From IMG/VR virus record IMGVR_UViG_2541047848_000002: a DNA stretch of 43,934 nucleotides. One strand, written 5' to 3'. The notes beneath the pieces were generated by a model. That model saw only the letters and a program-made list of their open reading frames with translations. It was not told the DNA's origin and made no database searches. This stretch comes from a virus (Duplodnaviria > Heunggongvirae > Uroviricota > Caudoviricetes). Positions 40,251-43,934 of the stretch are shown here, piece by piece; within the stretch, counting starts at the first letter, position 1; each line of letters starts with the position of its first letter. The position numbers were made by a program, and so were the translations under genes.

Positions 40251-42635
40251 ATGGCAGCAGTAAAAATCTCAGGTGTGCTGAAAGATGGTGCGGGAAAACC
40301 AATACAGAACTGCACTATTCAACTGAAGGCAAAGCGTAACAGCACCACGGTACTGGTGAACACGGTGGCCTCTGAAAATCCTGATGAAGCCGGGCGTTAC
40401 AGCATGGATGTTGAGTATGGCCAGTACAGCGTCACCCTGCTGGTTGAAGGTTTTCCGCCTTCACATGCCGGGACCATTACCGTCTATGAAGGCTCCAGAC
40501 CAGGTACGCTGAATGATTTTCTCGGTGCCATGACGGAAGATGATGTCATGCCGGAGGCATTGCGTCGTTTTGAACTGATGGTGGAAGAAGTGGCACGCAA
40601 CGCCGAAGCCGCCTCTCAGAGCGCAGCGGCGGCAAAGAAATCCGAAACTGCAGCGGCATCATCAAAGAACGCGGCGAAAACCTCAGAAACGAATGCAGCT
40701 AATAGTGCACAGGCGGCAGCGACCTCAAAGACTGCATCGGCAAACTCCGCGACAGCAGCCAAAAAATCAGAAACCAACGCGAAAAATAGCGAGACAGCCG
40801 CAAAGACGAGCGAAACCAACGCAAAGTCCAGCCAGACGGCAGCGAAAACCAGCGAAACGAATGCCAAAGCCAGTGAAACTGCGGCAAAAAACAGCCAGGT
40901 TGCAGCAGCCCAAAGCGAGAGCGCGGCAGCCGGTTCTGCGACTTCAGCAGCTGGATCAGCAACTGCTGCGGCTAACAGCCAGAAAGCTGCGAAGACGAGT
41001 GAAACTAACGCAAAGTCCAGCCAGACGGCAGCGAAGACCAGCGAAACGAATGCCAAAACCAGCGAAACTGCGGCGAAAAACAGTCAGGATGCAGCAGCCC
41101 AAAGCGAGAGTGCTGCAGCTGGTTCTGCAAGCGCGGCGGCTGCTTCTGCCATTGCATCAGCCAACAGTCAAAAAGCTGCAAAAACCAGTGAAACCAACGC
41201 AAAGGCGAGCGAGACTGCGGCTGCTAACTCGGCGAAAGCATCAGCTGCAAGCCAGACGGCTGCAAAAGCAAGTGAAGACGCAGCCAGGGAGTACGCAAGC
41301 CAGGCAGCAGAGCCGTATAAATATGTCTTACAGCCGCTTCCTGATGTGTGGATACCGTTTAACGATTCACTGGATATGATTACGGGCTTTTCGCCATCAT
41401 ATAAAAAGATTGTTATTGGTGATGATGAAATAACAATGCCTGGCGACAAGATTGTAAAGTTTAAACGCGCATCAAAAGCAACTTACATTAATAAATCTGG
41501 TGTGCTGACAGAGGCTGCAATCGATGAACCTCGCTTTGAAAAGTATGGATTGCTGATTGAAGGGCAGCGTACAAACCTGTTAATAAACAGCACAAATCCA
41601 TCAAAGTGGAACAAGTCATCAAATATGATTTTAAATACATCAGGTGTAGATGATTTTGGTTTCCAGTACGCAAAATTCACATTAAAACCAGAAATGGTGG
41701 GGCAAACCTCAGCCATTTCTATTGTCACAGTATCTGGAAGCAAAGGATATGATGTTACCGGCGATGAAAAGTATGTAACTATCTCATGCAGGGTACAAAG
41801 TGGGACTCCAAATTTAAGATGTCGATTACGATTTGAAGAATATGATGGATCTACCTACAAATTCCTGGGTGATGCTTACTTAAATATGACAGATTTATCG
41901 ATTGATAAAACTGGCGGCGCTGCAAGTCGTATTACTGCAAGGGCTGTTAAAAATGAAGCAAGCAAATGGATTTTCTTTGAGGCAACAATTAAGGCACTTG
42001 ATACAGAAAATATGATCGGTGCGATGGTGCAATATGCACCACCAAAAGGGGGAAGCACTGGTGCAGATGATTATATTTATGTTGCAACTCCTCAGGTCGA
42101 AGGCGGTTCGTGCGCTTCTTCGTTTATTATTACTGAGGCAACGCCAGTCACAAGAGCCAGTGATATGGTGAATATACCAACAAATAACAATATCGGTACA
42201 CCACCTTTAACATTTCTAGCTGAAGTTCATACAAACTGGAACGAAACGCCAAATGCAGCACCACGAATTTTTGATACCAGTGGTGGGAGCACAACTCCGG
42301 GTCAATATATAAGTGTTGCTATTAGTTCAACATTATTTCCTGGTGTTACGATGCACAATAAAAACGGTAGTACAGTAGCCGCCGTATCGCCAGTATTATT
42401 TGAACAAAAATCTGTTCTTGGATTTGTTTTAAATGAATCTGGTAATGTGCATTTCGTTAGCAATGCCCAGCATGGGACTCCTAAAACCACGGATCATGTC
42501 GGTGTTAAATCTGGTTATTTCTTCAGGATTGGGGGACAGACTAATAGCGGTCTACGTCATCTTTTCGGTCACATTCGTAATTTTCGTATATGGCATAAAG
42601 AATTAACCGATGCACAAATGGGAGAGGTAATATAA
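40251..42635 (+). CDS. stf: Side tail fibre protein (lambda Stf-like N-terminus, divergent low-GC C-terminal domain)
   Basis: ORF 40245..42635 (GTG on track); ATG at 40251 (MAAVKISGVLKDGAGKPIQNCTIQLKAKRNSTT...) matches lambda Stf N-terminus by recall; Ala/Ser/Thr-rich repeat shaft; C-terminal roughly 430 aa lower GC and unlike lambda. Confidence 0.9.
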   Translation: MAAVKISGVLKDGAGKPIQNCTIQLKAKRNSTTVLVNTVASENPDEAGRYSMDVEYGQYSVTLLVEGFPPSHAGTITVYEGSRPGTLNDFLGAMTEDDVMPEALRRFELMVEEVARNAEAASQSAAAAKKSETAAASSKNAAKTSETNAANSAQAAATSKTASANSATAAKKSETNAKNSETAAKTSETNAKSSQTAAKTSETNAKASETAAKNSQVAAAQSESAAAGSATSAAGSATAAANSQKAAKTSETNAKSSQTAAKTSETNAKTSETAAKNSQDAAAQSESAAAGSASAAAASAIASANSQKAAKTSETNAKASETAAANSAKASAASQTAAKASEDAAREYASQAAEPYKYVLQPLPDVWIPFNDSLDMITGFSPSYKKIVIGDDEITMPGDKIVKFKRASKATYINKSGVLTEAAIDEPRFEKYGLLIEGQRTNLLINSTNPSKWNKSSNMILNTSGVDDFGFQYAKFTLKPEMVGQTSAISIVTVSGSKGYDVTGDEKYVTISCRVQSGTPNLRCRLRFEEYDGSTYKFLGDAYLNMTDLSIDKTGGAASRITARAVKNEASKWIFFEATIKALDTENMIGAMVQYAPPKGGSTGADDYIYVATPQVEGGSCASSFIITEATPVTRASDMVNIPTNNNIGTPPLTFLAEVHTNWNETPNAAPRIFDTSGGSTTPGQYISVAISSTLFPGVTMHNKNGSTVAAVSPVLFEQKSVLGFVLNESGNVHFVSNAQHGTPKTTDHVGVKSGYFFRIGGQTNSGLRHLFGHIRNFRIWHKELTDAQMGEVI
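40802..41128 (+). repeat. In-frame 189-bp tandem duplication inside stf (two about 138-bp units at roughly 90% identity)
   Basis: Units at 40802-40939 and 40991-41128 align by eye (…AGACGAGCGAAACCAACGCAAAGTCCAGCCAGACGGCAGCGAAAACCAGCGAAACGAATGCCAAA…GCAGCAGCCCAAAGCGAGAG…GGTTCTGC); period 189 bp = 63 codons. Confidence 0.7.
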
Positions 42636-42916
42636 TGCGAGACTTAATTATCAAATTCACAGACAAGGCCGACTTTTCGGCCTTTATGGATAGCATTGGT
42701 TATGACGATGACGAGGTGATGCAGAACAATGTTCTCATTGATGTGATAGGTAACGTGTACAAAGAAACCGGGGAAATTACTGAAGATGGCGAGCCGGTAT
42801 GTGTTAAGGAAGACGGATATTTTGTAAACGTGCGCATCATTAATGATGTGAAAACACCGTCAATATTCGATGAATACGCGGTTGTTGTTGAGCATCAACT
42901 TCGTGGCTGGATGTGA
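42635..42916 (+). CDS. Hypothetical acidic protein after stf
   Basis: 93-aa ORF whose ATG overlaps the stf stop (TAATAATG); no domain recognised. Confidence 0.5.
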   Translation: MRDLIIKFTDKADFSAFMDSIGYDDDEVMQNNVLIDVIGNVYKETGEITEDGEPVCVKEDGYFVNVRIINDVKTPSIFDEYAVVVEHQLRGWM

Positions 42917-42925
42917 GGGAGACAA

Positions 42926-43630
42926 ATGGCTACATCGACAGTAATTCCTGGAGATATCACCACGCTAAAGGGAGATGTCAGTAAAACTAAGGAAGATATT
43001 TCCTCAATTAACGGAAAAGTATCAACGCTTCAGATTGATATGACCAGTGCAAAGCAGGATATCAGCACCAGATACACAAAAACTGAAGTTGATAATAAGC
43101 TGAAAAACAAAGTGGAAGCGAACGATCTGGAAAGCGGTCGTTATGGCGGTGATTTTTACCCGCTGACTGGCCGCGAAGCGTTTTATTTATGGGGGTTGGG
43201 CACGACTACTGCGGCGGCAAACCTTTATCTTAATCCTGACCCTGCAATTTCGTCTGTACTGCGGTCCACATCGTCTATCCGCTATAAACATTCAGTAGAG
43301 ACGATAGATTCAGAGCACGCCGATGTCATTTTCAGGATGCGCCCTGTGTGGTACAGGTCGCAATGCGAAAATGACAGGCGTGACTGGGGGTTCTACGGAT
43401 TGATTGCCGAGGAAGTAGGAGAAATTGCCCCTCAGTTTGTACACTGGCGACCAGCTAACGAAGATGATGCTCCTGAAGCTATTTCCAGCAATGGCCTTGT
43501 TGCCGAAGGTGTAATGTACGAACGTCTGGTTGTTCCACTGATTCACCATATCCAGAAGCTGACTGAAAGAGTTGATGAACTTGAGTCAGAATTAAAGTTG
43601 TTATTAACTTCCCGAAGCGATATCGGATAA
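42926..43630 (+). CDS. Tail-fibre-associated protein with C-terminal intramolecular-chaperone-like (peptidase S74-like) domain
   Basis: 234-aa ORF; C-terminal roughly 110 aa (SSIRYKHSVETIDSEHADVIFRMRPVWYRS...WGFYGLIAEEVGEIAPQFV...LVVPLIHHIQKLTERVDELESEL) fit my recollection of the self-cleaving chaperone domain of phage fibres/endosialidases. Confidence 0.6.
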   Translation: MATSTVIPGDITTLKGDVSKTKEDISSINGKVSTLQIDMTSAKQDISTRYTKTEVDNKLKNKVEANDLESGRYGGDFYPLTGREAFYLWGLGTTTAAANLYLNPDPAISSVLRSTSSIRYKHSVETIDSEHADVIFRMRPVWYRSQCENDRRDWGFYGLIAEEVGEIAPQFVHWRPANEDDAPEAISSNGLVAEGVMYERLVVPLIHHIQKLTERVDELESELKLLLTSRSDIG

Positions 43631-43640
43631 AGGAGGAATA

Positions 43641-43934
43641 ATGGATATAACACCTTTCCTTCATGCACTTTGTGCTGTGGCTGCGCAGGTACTGGTTGGT
43701 CTTTTTACCGGAAACTGGGCTTACGGGGCGATAGCCGGTTGTACGTTCTTCATTGCGCGTGAACACACCCAGGCAGAATATCGCTGGATCGAAATGTTCG
43801 GGCATGGCAAGCGAATGAATATGCCGTGGTGGGGCGGTTTTGATACACGTGCATGGGATGTGGCAAGCCTGATGGATTTTGCTGTGCCGGTGGTGGCGTG
43901 TCTGCTGGTCTGGCTGTTGGTTAATCGTGGGTGA
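43641..43934 (+). CDS. Hypothetical small membrane protein
   Basis: 97-aa ORF with hydrophobic segments at both ends; last ORF in window, stop at the final base. Confidence 0.5.
   Translation: MDITPFLHALCAVAAQVLVGLFTGNWAYGAIAGCTFFIAREHTQAEYRWIEMFGHGKRMNMPWWGGFDTRAWDVASLMDFAVPVVACLLVWLLVNRG

Noticed and set aside
40616-41449. Ala-rich antisense ORFs and frame-shifted Gln/Arg-rich ORFs (40693-41379, 40616-41056, 41168-41449) overlapping the stf repeat region
   Set aside because: Artefacts of the low-complexity repeat-rich coding sequence of the stf shaft; the sense frame gives the continuous Stf translation.

Overview
The window is a near-complete lambdoid prophage of an enterobacterial host (most likely E. 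coli), running from the integrase at the left edge to the side-tail-fibre module at the right edge, with the cos site internal (cosN at 20540-20551), as expected for an integrated, circularly permuted genome. It is a mosaic. The recombination genes (exo, bet, gam), replication genes (O with ori iterons, P) and the whole packaging/head/tail block (Nu1 to J, lom, N-terminal stf) match phage lambda as I recall it. The nin/Q/lysis region is instead of the DLP12/phage-21 type (NinB/YbcN-like, NinE, YbcO, RusA, Q, an antisense porin moron, pinholin, SAR endolysin, Rz/Rz1). Several low-GC accessory cassettes sit at known lambdoid moron positions. The two most interesting are (i) a lysogen-expressed two-gene operon directly downstream of cI, at the rexA/rexB position, encoding a Hanks-type Ser/Thr kinase plus a 153-aa partner, and (ii) a ~30% GC two-gene cassette directly after P, encoding a 221-aa protein and a 319-aa coiled-coil protein with a C-terminal multi-helix membrane domain; I cannot assign either to a described family, and both are candidate phage-exclusion/abortive-infection modules. 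Other points: ~140-bp direct repeats flank a Bro-N/membrane-protein insertion, no N antiterminator gene is recognisable, the distal tail-fibre module is swapped and includes a separate ORF with an intramolecular-chaperone-like C-terminus, and stf carries a 189-bp in-frame duplication. All identifications rest on reading the translations and DNA by eye plus recalled family knowledge; no searches were run, and coordinates of small regulatory elements are approximate.
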